Assembly (NCBI GenBank): GCA_963668175.1
Contig: OY764159.1
Coordinates: 800,001 to 864,000, forward strand
Reading direction: 5' to 3'
DNA: 64,000 nucleotides
From: Syntrophales bacterium
Lineage (GTDB): Bacteria > Desulfobacterota > Syntrophia > Syntrophales > PHBD01
The notes under the pieces were generated by a model. The model was not told the origin of the DNA and did not search any database. It saw nothing but the letters and a program-made list of their open reading frames with translations. The translations under genes and the position numbers were made by a program. Positions 40,967-49,907 of the stretch are shown piece after piece (the stretch's first letter is position 1; the number at the start of each line of letters is the position of its first letter).

Positions 40967-42043
40967 TCAGAAACGGTCCATGTATTTCCCCTTCTGGGGA
41001 TAACGGCGCGTGACGACGTTTGCCAGTTCCACAGGCGGAGGCACGATACCGCCCGGACGTCCGAAGAAATCGATTTCGGCGAATCCCTGCAGGGCAAGCC
41101 GCACATCTTCAAGCATCTGCCCCGTACTCATTTCGAAGACCAGGTAGTGTTTGACTTTCTCGGAGAGTTCCCGCAATTCCCGGGTCGGAAACGGCCACAG
41201 GGAAATGGGACGGAACAGGCCCACCTTGAGTCCCGAATCCCGCAGCCTTTTGATGGCGCCCTTCGCCACCCTGGCCGCCGTGCCGTAGGCGACGATGACC
41301 ATCTCGGCATCGTCGGTCTTGTATTTTTCGCAATGCGTCTCCCTGTCGGAGATCACCTGATATTTCCGGTGAAGCATCCAGTTGTGCTCTTCCATGAGCT
41401 GGGCGTCGAGGATCAAACCCCGGATGAATTTGCTCTTTCCGGTCCCGGCCCCGGAGAGGATATAGGCGTCGCTGTACTCCCTGGGCTTCGGCTTTTTGAA
41501 TACGACGGGTTCCATCATCTGCCCCATCATCCCGTCGGCCAGGATCATGACCGGTGTACGATACTTGTCGGCGAGGTCGAAGGCGTCCATGGTCAGGTCC
41601 GCAAGCTCCTGTCCCGTGGCCGGTCCCAGGACGATGACACGGTAATCGCCGTGGCCGCCGCCGCGGGTCGCCTGGAAATAGTCGCCCTGTGACGGGCGGA
41701 TGTTGCCGAGTCCGGGGCCCCCTCTCATCATATTGACGATAACCCCGGGAAGTTCGCACGCGGCCATGGAGGAAATGCCCTCCTGCTTGAGGGATATCCC
41801 GGGACTGGAGGAGGATGTCATGACCCTGGCTCCGGCGGCACTGGCGCCGGCAATCATGTTGATGGCGGCGATTTCGCTTTCCGACTGGAGAAAGACACCT
41901 CCCTCCGCCTTGCGAAGGTTGTCCGCCATGTACTCCGTCAGTTCGTTCTGCGGCGTGATCGGGTACCCGGCATAAAACCGGCAGCCGGCACGGATTGCCG
42001 CTTCGCCGATGACCATGTTTCCCTGCATCAATACTTTATTCAC
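40967..42043 (-). CDS. vorB: 2-oxoisovalerate-type oxidoreductase alpha subunit
   Basis: AGYPITPQNE, QSESEIAA, SSSPGISLKQE, RGGPGLG; GTG start overlapping the delta gene. Confidence 0.85.
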   Translation of the reverse strand: MNKVLMQGNMVIGEAAIRAGCRFYAGYPITPQNELTEYMADNLRKAEGGVFLQSESEIAAINMIAGASAAGARVMTSSSSPGISLKQEGISSMAACELPGVIVNMMRGGPGLGNIRPSQGDYFQATRGGGHGDYRVIVLGPATGQELADLTMDAFDLADKYRTPVMILADGMMGQMMEPVVFKKPKPREYSDAYILSGAGTGKSKFIRGLILDAQLMEEHNWMLHRKYQVISDRETHCEKYKTDDAEMVIVAYGTAARVAKGAIKRLRDSGLKVGLFRPISLWPFPTRELRELSEKVKHYLVFEMSTGQMLEDVRLALQGFAEIDFFGRPGGIVPPPVELANVVTRRYPQKGKYMDRF

Positions 42044-42251
42044 GGTAGACCTCGATGGCAATTTCCGGACACATCGTCGCGCAGAGGGCGCAGCCGGTGC
42101 ATTCCCCGTTGCCTACGAATACGACGGGCCGGTACCCCTTGGCGTTATATTCCTTGGACGGTTCGATCTGATTTCTTTTGCAGACCGAAATACAGAAATG
42201 ACACTCTTTGCACAAATCCCTGTCGATGGTGATCTTTCCCTTGGCCGCCAT
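42036..42251 (-). CDS. 2x[4Fe-4S] ferredoxin-like delta subunit
   Basis: CKECHFCISVC and CTGCALCATMCP. Confidence 0.9.
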   Translation of the reverse strand: MAAKGKITIDRDLCKECHFCISVCKRNQIEPSKEYNAKGYRPVVFVGNGECTGCALCATMCPEIAIEVYRE

Positions 42252-42366
42252 GTGCGCTCCCGAATAGTTGACTTGAATGCGCATGGCTTTACGCAAAAAG
42301 TCGGAATAAAGTCAAGTTGAAATTTAGGAAAGTCGTGTTAATATTTTAAAAAGGAAGGCAGGTGTC

Positions 42367-43365
42367 ATGTTCAGTGCGGCGCTCGTCAACGATCCGTTCG
42401 GAGACCCGGCGGTTTATATCGAATTCAAATACCGTAACGAAGCAATCCTCTTCGACCTGGGGGACCTTCACCTCCTGCCTCCCCGGAAAATTCTGAAAAT
42501 CGGCCATGTTTTCGTGTCCCACACCCACATGGATCATTTTATCGGCTTCGATCAGATGCTGCGCGTCTGCCTTGGGCGGGATCTTCATATCGCTCTTTTC
42601 GGTCCTCCCGGTTTCCTGGAGCATATCGAAAACAAACTGAGGGCCTATACGTGGAACCTGGTAGAGAATTATACCAATGATTTCGCCTTACTCGTGACGG
42701 AAGTTCACGAACGGGACTTGATCGTCAAACGGTACCGCTGTCGGACGGCGTTTGCGCCGGAATTTATCGAAACGCGCCGTCACAACGGCGTCCTGATGGA
42801 AAACAAGCTGTTTGCCGTTTCGAGTGTCTTCCTCGATCACAAGATTCCCTGCCTGGCCTTTCGATTTGAAGAGAAAGACAGGGTGAATATCAAAAAAACG
42901 GCCCTCGACGTGATGGGTCTTCCTACCGGGGCCTGGCTCATGAATCTGAGGGAGCATGTCCTTAACGGAGACCCCGACGATACGCCCGTCCGGGTATGGT
43001 GGAGAAACGAGGACCGGCAGATTGTGGAGAAGCACTATCCTTTGGGGGAATTGCGGGAAAGCATCGTCAGGATCACGCCGGGTCAGAGGATCGTCTACGT
43101 GACCGATGCGATATACAACGACGAGAACAATCGCCGGATCGTGGATCTGGCCGGGCGAGCCGACCACCTGTTCATCGAGTCCACGTTTTCAAATGAGGAT
43201 GCCGGGAAGGCTTCCGAAAAATACCATCTGACGGCGTTTCAGGCCGGTTCCCTGGCGAGACGGGCCGGGGCGAAACGGATTACCCCGTTTCATTTTTCTC
43301 CCAAGTATAAAAAGTGCGGACAGCTTTTGATCGATGAAGCGATGAAGGCTTTCAGCGGCTCGTAA
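42367..43365 (+). CDS. RNase Z-like metallo-beta-lactamase
   Basis: LFDLG, SHTHMDH, YVTD, IESTF, YHLT, FHFSPKY. Confidence 0.85.
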   Translation: MFSAALVNDPFGDPAVYIEFKYRNEAILFDLGDLHLLPPRKILKIGHVFVSHTHMDHFIGFDQMLRVCLGRDLHIALFGPPGFLEHIENKLRAYTWNLVENYTNDFALLVTEVHERDLIVKRYRCRTAFAPEFIETRRHNGVLMENKLFAVSSVFLDHKIPCLAFRFEEKDRVNIKKTALDVMGLPTGAWLMNLREHVLNGDPDDTPVRVWWRNEDRQIVEKHYPLGELRESIVRITPGQRIVYVTDAIYNDENNRRIVDLAGRADHLFIESTFSNEDAGKASEKYHLTAFQAGSLARRAGAKRITPFHFSPKYKKCGQLLIDEAMKAFSGS

Positions 43366-43389
43366 TCCACAGGAGAGGCGGGCAGGGCA

Positions 43390-43893
43390 TCAGAGTTTTG
43401 TGATCTGAAAGCCTTCCAGTTTGATGGCGACGGACCGCTGCAGGATATCGATGGACACGACGAACAACTCCTTTTCATAGTCCGTGCTGATGACGATGCC
43501 TTCGATACCCTTGAAGGGACCGTCGGTGATCTGGGCCGGCTCGCCGACTTTCGGATACTGGAAATGCTGGACCTCGATTTTGGATTCGACCAGGCGCTGA
43601 ATAGCGTCGATCTTTTCATCGGGCACGGGGATGGGTTCATGTCCGACCGGTTTGCCGAGGATTCTCACGACGCCGAAGGTCTTGAGGATATCCAGTTTGA
43701 TCTTGTTGTCCATGACCGGGATGTCGATAAAAAGATAACCGGGGAACATCGGCAACAGTATCTTTTTCCGGCGGTCTTTTCGCTTGCTCCAGACCTCTAT
43801 CTTGGGTAAAAAGGCGTGGAACGACTTCTGAACAAAGCCCGTATAGACTTTGTCCTCGTGGCGGCTGCGGGTGTGAACGGCGTACCAGGGCAT
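43390..43893 (-). CDS. NusG-paralogue antiterminator (UpxY/RfaH/LoaP class)
   Basis: WYAVHTRSRHE, PMFPGYLF (NGN domain); ITDGPFKGIEG (KOW). Confidence 0.88.
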   Translation of the reverse strand: MPWYAVHTRSRHEDKVYTGFVQKSFHAFLPKIEVWSKRKDRRKKILLPMFPGYLFIDIPVMDNKIKLDILKTFGVVRILGKPVGHEPIPVPDEKIDAIQRLVESKIEVQHFQYPKVGEPAQITDGPFKGIEGIVISTDYEKELFVVSIDILQRSVAIKLEGFQITKL

Positions 43894-43985
43894 GAATGTC
43901 CTCTATTCTTATCGAATCTTGCTCTGTCTATAACAGGAGATGTTTTTTTTCAATGCCGATTAAACGGCCACAGGCATATTGAGCG

Positions 43986-45587
43986 ATGATGCGTATCAGG
44001 ATCAACGGGATCAGGCTTTCCCTGGACGAAAACGAAGAAGACATTCCGGCAAAGGTTGCAGGTCTGACCGGAACAGCCGTTGAGGCCGTCGCCTATTACA
44101 AGATTGTCCGTATGTCCCTCGATGCCCGCCGGGAGAGGCCGCCTGTCTTCGTCTATACGATCGAATGCACGTTGAATGAAGATGTCTCCGTTCCAACCGG
44201 TAACATTTCGGGCGTCGTTGTGGAACGGATAGATTCTCCGCCACCCGAGCAATCAAAACCGGTTGTCCGAAGGCCCGCGAATAAGCCGGCAGTTGTGGGC
44301 TCCGGTCCCGCCGGTCTTTTCGCCGCCCTGACCCTGGCGGAGGCAGGTATCCCCGTCATTCTTCTGGAACGGGGGAAGGCCGTGCCGGAGCGAGTGGCCG
44401 ATGTCCATCGTTTTTGGGAGCAAGGCGTCCTGAACCCGGAGAGCAACGTCTATTTCGGCGAAGGAGGGGCGGGGACATTCTCCGACGGAAAGCTGACGAG
44501 CCGCAGGCAAAATCCCGAAGTCGCCAGGATCAAGGAGATGTTTGTCCGGATGGGGGCACCGGCGGCCATTCTTGTCGACGCCAAGCCGCACATCGGGACG
44601 GACCATCTGCGGTCGATGGTCGTCCGACTCCGGCAGTACTTGCAGTCTTTAGGCTGCGAAGTGAGGTTTGAAGCGAGAGTGACCGATATCTTGGTCCGGC
44701 AGGGAAAGCTGGAAGGCCTTGTCGTCAATCGCGGGGAGCAAATAAGTGCTTCTCACGCGGTATTCGCCCCCGGCCAGGCCGCTGAAGACGTATATCGCAT
44801 GCTTCTTGACCGCGGCGCCGCCCTTGCCCCGAAGCCTTTTGCCATGGGGGTGCGCATCGAACATCCCCAGGAATGGGTGAACAGGATGCAGTACGGCAAA
44901 TGGTCGGGACATACGGCTTTGCCGCCGGCGGAATACGTCGTGACGGCCCGGGCGGAAGATGCGGGGCGTTCGGTCTATTCCTTTTGTATGTGTCCCGGGG
45001 GGCAGGTCATTGGAAGCAGTTCCGAGGCAGGGACGGTCGTCACGAACGGTATGAGCTTAAGCTCACGGAACGGCCTCTATGCGAACAGTGCTGTCGTGGT
45101 CAATGTCCGAACGGAAGACTATGCATGTCCCTCTCCCCTGGCCGGCTTGGATTTCCGCAGGCAGTGGGAGCGAAAAGCCTATCAGCTGGGTGAGGCCGGG
45201 TATCGCGCCCCGGGGCAGCGATTGACGGATTTTCTTCGCGGCAAAAGGGGGGGAGTGGGCGCTACCAGTTTTCTTCCCGGGGTTAAGCCAGCAGACCTCG
45301 GCGAAACAATGCCGTCTTTCGTGACGGCGGCCCTCCGGGAAGGCCTGCAAAGGATCGACCGGAAAATGCCGGGGTTCATATCGGATGAGGCCGTGTTGAT
45401 CGGTGTGGAAACCCGAACGTCGTCGCCGGTCAGAATCCTGAGGAAAGCGACCGGGGAGAGTACCCATATCGAAGGTCTGTATCCCAGCGGCGAAGGTGCG
45501 GGCTATGCCGGCGGAATCATCAGTTCCGCCCTGGACGGGATGCATGCTGCCCGTTCCATACTTGCAGATTTACAAGGATTGGCATAG
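43986..45587 (+). CDS. Uncharacterised FAD-dependent oxidoreductase (COG2509-like)
   Basis: VVGSGPAG, FGEGGAGTFSDGKL, HIGTD, FCMCPGG, GEGAGYAGGI. Confidence 0.88.
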   Translation: MMRIRINGIRLSLDENEEDIPAKVAGLTGTAVEAVAYYKIVRMSLDARRERPPVFVYTIECTLNEDVSVPTGNISGVVVERIDSPPPEQSKPVVRRPANKPAVVGSGPAGLFAALTLAEAGIPVILLERGKAVPERVADVHRFWEQGVLNPESNVYFGEGGAGTFSDGKLTSRRQNPEVARIKEMFVRMGAPAAILVDAKPHIGTDHLRSMVVRLRQYLQSLGCEVRFEARVTDILVRQGKLEGLVVNRGEQISASHAVFAPGQAAEDVYRMLLDRGAALAPKPFAMGVRIEHPQEWVNRMQYGKWSGHTALPPAEYVVTARAEDAGRSVYSFCMCPGGQVIGSSSEAGTVVTNGMSLSSRNGLYANSAVVVNVRTEDYACPSPLAGLDFRRQWERKAYQLGEAGYRAPGQRLTDFLRGKRGGVGATSFLPGVKPADLGETMPSFVTAALREGLQRIDRKMPGFISDEAVLIGVETRTSSPVRILRKATGESTHIEGLYPSGEGAGYAGGIISSALDGMHAARSILADLQGLA

Positions 45588-45737
45588 GCGATCGGCACGG
45601 CAATTGTCCAGAGGCAAAGGCGCCTCCAGCCGAATGGCAAATGCCTTTTCCGGATACGACGAGGAGCAAGAGGTTTCTAAAGCCATCTCCTGCCCGGGAT
45701 CGTAAAGCGTCCATTATTGAAGCCAAGGAGGGGAATT

Positions 45738-46307
45738 ATGGATTGGCAGCGGGAATTCAAGAAAAGACCGATCATCGTCAACCTGTTTGCCGTATTGGTT
45801 GCAGCCATTTTAATGGAAGTAGTGTGGGGCCTTGCCGCGGGGATCGTCGGCGGAGTCGCCATCAGCCGTGATCCGGAGTTTCAGAAAAGGGTAACGGCCT
45901 TCATGAAGGACAGGGGAGTCGATGTGAAGGTGAGTCCCGATAAAGGTAAAGCGGCGTACGAGCAGCTTTCTCCCCAGGACAAGAAGAATCTGGACGATAT
46001 GACACGCGTCGTCCTGAAAGGTGCCAACTGGTTTGCCGTGGCCTTGTCCGTCAATGTGATCGTTTACGGCCTGACCGGTTTTCTGGGAGGTTTCTTCGCC
46101 AGAGCATGGCTTCTGGCTGCCGGGATTCCCGTCTGGTCGCTGTTAACCAACAATCCCGTCGTCCGTTTTGAATGGGTTGTCGGGTTGTCGTTGTTCGAAA
46201 AATCCATCGTCTTTCTGCTGCCGCTCGCTGTCTGCTCCCTTGCGGCCTTTTTCGGTGCCGCGGTTGGGAAAAAGCGGGCTGAAAGAAAGATGGCGGCGGC
46301 ATCCTGA
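45738..46307 (+). CDS. Hypothetical membrane protein
   Basis: AGGAGG SD; about 4 hydrophobic segments. Confidence 0.65.
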   Translation: MDWQREFKKRPIIVNLFAVLVAAILMEVVWGLAAGIVGGVAISRDPEFQKRVTAFMKDRGVDVKVSPDKGKAAYEQLSPQDKKNLDDMTRVVLKGANWFAVALSVNVIVYGLTGFLGGFFARAWLLAAGIPVWSLLTNNPVVRFEWVVGLSLFEKSIVFLLPLAVCSLAAFFGAAVGKKRAERKMAAAS

Positions 46308-46341
46308 CGGGTGCCGCCAGCGCATTCCGGATTGCCGCAGG

Positions 46342-47616
46342 TCAATATTCTGCTTTAAAAATATCGATGGGTTCTTTCTTTCCCTTCACTTTTTGAGGCG
46401 GCAGCGGCGTGAGGCCCTTGAGACCGTTAATCTCGGAGCGTCTTCCTTCTATGGCTTCTTTAACAGTCCGGGTGATGAGAATTTCGTCCTGTCCCGCCAA
46501 CGATTCCACCCTTTGCGCCACATTGACGGCATCGCCGATGACCGTATAGGTGAGATGGTCTTCCGATCCGATATACCCGGCAACGACATCGCCGGTATTG
46601 ACGCCGATCCCCATGTGAAGCTCCGGCCAGCCCTCTGCCCTCTTGATTCTGTTGAATTCATGAAGTCCGTGAATCATGTCGATGACGGTTCTTATGGCCC
46701 GGACGGGATCGTCGTTGTGTGTAAGCGGGGCGCCGAAAACGGCCATCATGCCGTCGCCCAGCAACTTATCGAGGGTGCCTTCATGCTTGAAGATGAGCGG
46801 CGTCATCTGGGAAAAGAATTCGTTCAGGATCTCCACGACCTTCTCCTGGTCCAATCCCTCGGACAGAGCCGTAAATCCCTGCAAATCGGCAAACACGATC
46901 GTCGCCCGTTTACGTTCCCCTCCCAGACGCAGCATGCCCTTGCTTCCCAGGATTTCTTCGGTGACGGTCTTTGAAAAGAAGCGGCTCAGAAGGAATCGTT
47001 TATTCTCTTCCTTCAGCATCTGCGTGTATAATCGGGACAGAACGATAGCCGTGGCGATCTGATCCGCGACAAGGCTGAAAAAGCTGACCTGGTTCTGATC
47101 GAAACCGTGTTTGACGCGGTGGGTGAGGTTAAGGACGCCGATGGCCTTGTTGTTATGCATAACGGGCACGCAGAGCAGCGACTGGCCTCTAAGCCTTTCC
47201 TGCTCTTCAAGCGAACAGGTTCTCTCCATCTCGTCGACAATGATGGGCTTTTTCTGGGCGATGACCTGACCGCCGGTACCTTCATCAAGGCGGATCAACG
47301 GAGATTCTTGATGCGTTTCCGCTTCATCGTCTGATTTGATCATCTCGAGCATCTGGAGGTCGTCGTTCAAGAGCATCAGCGCCACTTGTTCCAGGGAAGA
47401 ATACTTCTTGATGATTTTCAGCTGTTCGAGGAAGAGCGCTTTCCGGTCATAGATGCCCGTCAGTCGCAGCGTATCGACCAGTTCTTTGATGACGGACAGT
47501 TCTTTGATCTTGTTTTCATAATTGCTTCTCATCTTGAGATACTGTCGTTTGAAGACGTCCTTCTCCGCAGACAGTTGAGACTGTTCGTCGGTTGCGTTTT
47601 TCATGGATTCATCCAT
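46342..47616 (-). CDS. GAF-domain class III adenylate cyclase
   Basis: GAF (SLLCVPV…IGVL); FADLQGF, DKLLGDG, YTVIGDAVNVAQR. Confidence 0.9.
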   Translation of the reverse strand: MDESMKNATDEQSQLSAEKDVFKRQYLKMRSNYENKIKELSVIKELVDTLRLTGIYDRKALFLEQLKIIKKYSSLEQVALMLLNDDLQMLEMIKSDDEAETHQESPLIRLDEGTGGQVIAQKKPIIVDEMERTCSLEEQERLRGQSLLCVPVMHNNKAIGVLNLTHRVKHGFDQNQVSFFSLVADQIATAIVLSRLYTQMLKEENKRFLLSRFFSKTVTEEILGSKGMLRLGGERKRATIVFADLQGFTALSEGLDQEKVVEILNEFFSQMTPLIFKHEGTLDKLLGDGMMAVFGAPLTHNDDPVRAIRTVIDMIHGLHEFNRIKRAEGWPELHMGIGVNTGDVVAGYIGSEDHLTYTVIGDAVNVAQRVESLAGQDEILITRTVKEAIEGRRSEINGLKGLTPLPPQKVKGKKEPIDIFKAEY

Positions 47617-47628
47617 AACGGGACCCCT

Positions 47629-49518
47629 TCAGGTCAGATAATCGAGGTATTCCCTGTTTTCTTCCATAATGGCCGAGGCAGTCCGCGTCATATCGTCGAG
47701 CATTCGCGTGTTCAGGTCTTTGAACAGCTGGGTCAGGAACAGCCAGTGGCCTGCAGTCAGCCAGCTCATTCTGCTGTTTGCCTCACCGGGCATCAAACCC
47801 GCTTCTGAGGACCGGTAGTAAAGATAATCAGCCAGGCCGGTAATGGCGGCCACGGCCGATTCACCAGGTGAACTGTAAGGCTGATGGTGGTATGATATGG
47901 CATTGATAAGCATTTCGGGCAGGTTCCATTGGGAGGCAAGATACTTCCCGACGATGGCATGATGAAGCCCGAAATAATCCTCTTCCATTTCAAAAAGCGG
48001 CAAATCGAGCGTTTTTGAATCTTTGGTCAGATCCTTGTAAATATCCGGATAGTTGGCGATGAGAAAAATTTTACCCACATCGTGAAGCAGCGTGGCGGTG
48101 AAAACGCCGACATCGCGAAACTGAGGCAGCGTTCGGCTTATGGATTGGGCGATCAATGCCGTGCAGATCGCGTGATGCCAGAGAATTTTGGGATTGAGGA
48201 CGCCTTCCAGCGGTTTGACGTCGAACACTTTCGCGGCGGCAAGCCCGAAGGCAATATCGACGATTTCTTCCGTGCCCAAAAGTACGACGGCATGCTTGAC
48301 CGAGCTTATTTTTTGCGGACTTCCGTAAAATGCGGAATTGACGGTTTTGAGAAGTTTGGAGGTCAAGGCCGGGTCTCTCGTCACGATGGCGGCCAGTTCA
48401 GTGCCGGAAGAATTCGGATCGGAGGCGATATGGAATATCTGCATCGCCACCGACGGCAGTGTCGGCAAGTCTTCGGATTGATTGAGCTTCAACAGAACCT
48501 TTTCCAGGAGTATGTCCTGTCGGGCAATGTGGGCCTCCAGTTCCATTTGTTGGATGATCGCGCTGAAATGCTTCTCATACGACTGATCAACAAGGGTGCG
48601 GGGTCCGGACTTGACTAGTTTGTCAAGTTCCGAATTCAGGGGGGAATCGAAGGGCAGGCGTGCTATAAATTCCTTCTGTCCGGACAGGGGAATTCCGCTG
48701 AGGCCTTGCCCAAGGCTCACGGCATCCATGTTAAGCAGTCTTTTAAAAATCCTGCCGCGAGCCCGGGCGAAACACAGCTCGATCGGCGTTGCTTGTGTGC
48801 CGGGCGAAGATTCGGTGTCGCTGTCCGCGGCGGTCTCACGGAGAGCCTTCTCGCCTTCAGCCTGAGCGCGGTTAGATTTTTCGCTTCTGGGTTTACCTGC
48901 CAGATTCATCAACTGGGCGACCGTCTGGCCGTCATCCGGGAACACGGAGTACCCGAAGCTCACGGCTATATCGCTTCCCAGAATCTGCTTCATGACCCTT
49001 TGGGTCTTGCTTTGGATCGGGACCACCCCATGCTTGTCGGTGGCAAAACCGAGGATGATCAGCCTCGTGTCGTCAATGGCTATGACGGTATCGCTTTCCC
49101 GGAAATGGGCGATGACTTGCTCTTCGAAAGGGCCGAGCATGGAAGGGAAATGGTCGTGGGAATCGCCGGGATCAATCTGAACGAGCAACAAAACGAGTGA
49201 AGTGCGGCAACGCAGGACTTTGCTTAATTCCCTCTTGATCATGCCCTCGTGTTTTTGGGATATGCAGAAAGGGAACGACGGGTAGGCGACAATCGGTTCC
49301 ATCGAAACCAGGCAGCCTGATTTGGACAATGCCGACAGGCTGCTCTCTGCATTGTGCTGCGTCTTGAATTCTTTAATGACTCGCGGCGTGCTCGTCAACA
49401 GGCCGTGAATCTTTTCATGGGGGAGTTCCAGGTCCTTTTGCAGGTAGACGGCGATTTTCTTTATATCCGCACCCGGTATCAAACCATTTAATACGAGGCG
49501 ATAATGAGTAGGGTTCAT
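47629..49518 (-). CDS. Multidomain protein: small N-domain, degenerate GGDEF, C-terminal HDOD
   Basis: LPTLP…DPALTSKLLKTVNS…LLHDVGK…WNLP…YHH (HDOD); RELS…RESD…SFGYSVFPDDG (GGDEF-like). Confidence 0.8.
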   Translation of the reverse strand: MNPTHYRLVLNGLIPGADIKKIAVYLQKDLELPHEKIHGLLTSTPRVIKEFKTQHNAESSLSALSKSGCLVSMEPIVAYPSFPFCISQKHEGMIKRELSKVLRCRTSLVLLLVQIDPGDSHDHFPSMLGPFEEQVIAHFRESDTVIAIDDTRLIILGFATDKHGVVPIQSKTQRVMKQILGSDIAVSFGYSVFPDDGQTVAQLMNLAGKPRSEKSNRAQAEGEKALRETAADSDTESSPGTQATPIELCFARARGRIFKRLLNMDAVSLGQGLSGIPLSGQKEFIARLPFDSPLNSELDKLVKSGPRTLVDQSYEKHFSAIIQQMELEAHIARQDILLEKVLLKLNQSEDLPTLPSVAMQIFHIASDPNSSGTELAAIVTRDPALTSKLLKTVNSAFYGSPQKISSVKHAVVLLGTEEIVDIAFGLAAAKVFDVKPLEGVLNPKILWHHAICTALIAQSISRTLPQFRDVGVFTATLLHDVGKIFLIANYPDIYKDLTKDSKTLDLPLFEMEEDYFGLHHAIVGKYLASQWNLPEMLINAISYHHQPYSSPGESAVAAITGLADYLYYRSSEAGLMPGEANSRMSWLTAGHWLFLTQLFKDLNTRMLDDMTRTASAIMEENREYLDYLT

Positions 49519-49606
49519 AGCAGTAACCTGCCGGTTTGCCTATGAAATAACATTTATCCCTCAAACAGGTGTTTATAGCAGATTTTGTCCGATAGAAATA
49601 TCATAC

Positions 49607-49635
49607 ATCATAGGGGAAAGCGGAAAGGGTGTCAA
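49607..49635 (-). promoter_or_regulatory. Sigma70-type promoter of the HDOD-cyclase pair
   Basis: Minus strand TTGACA-17 nt-TATGAT. Confidence 0.65.
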
Positions 49636-49907
49636 GCTATTCAGGGAGGCGCCGCGAGCCGGCGATGCCGACATGCCGCCGCGACGGACCATTCCGAAAG
49701 CCTTGATTCCAGCGTGACGTTTTCGCGGGGACTACCGTACGGCAATCCGTCCCGGTGTTTTCCAATGTGTACGAGCAAAAAAGGCTTGTTATTTATATGC
49801 TTTAATACTACTATGGGCGCCTCGCAGATACCGTCGGCAACCAGTACGATCAGGGCGGCAAGAACGGCAGCCGAGTCAAGCGTTCTTGTCGTTCCCGGTT
49901 TGTTTTA

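Noticed and set aside
45600..45660. GGCAAA-containing hairpin resembling a c-di-GMP-I riboswitch start
   Set aside because: Lacks the GAAA tetraloop and GACGCAAAG core.
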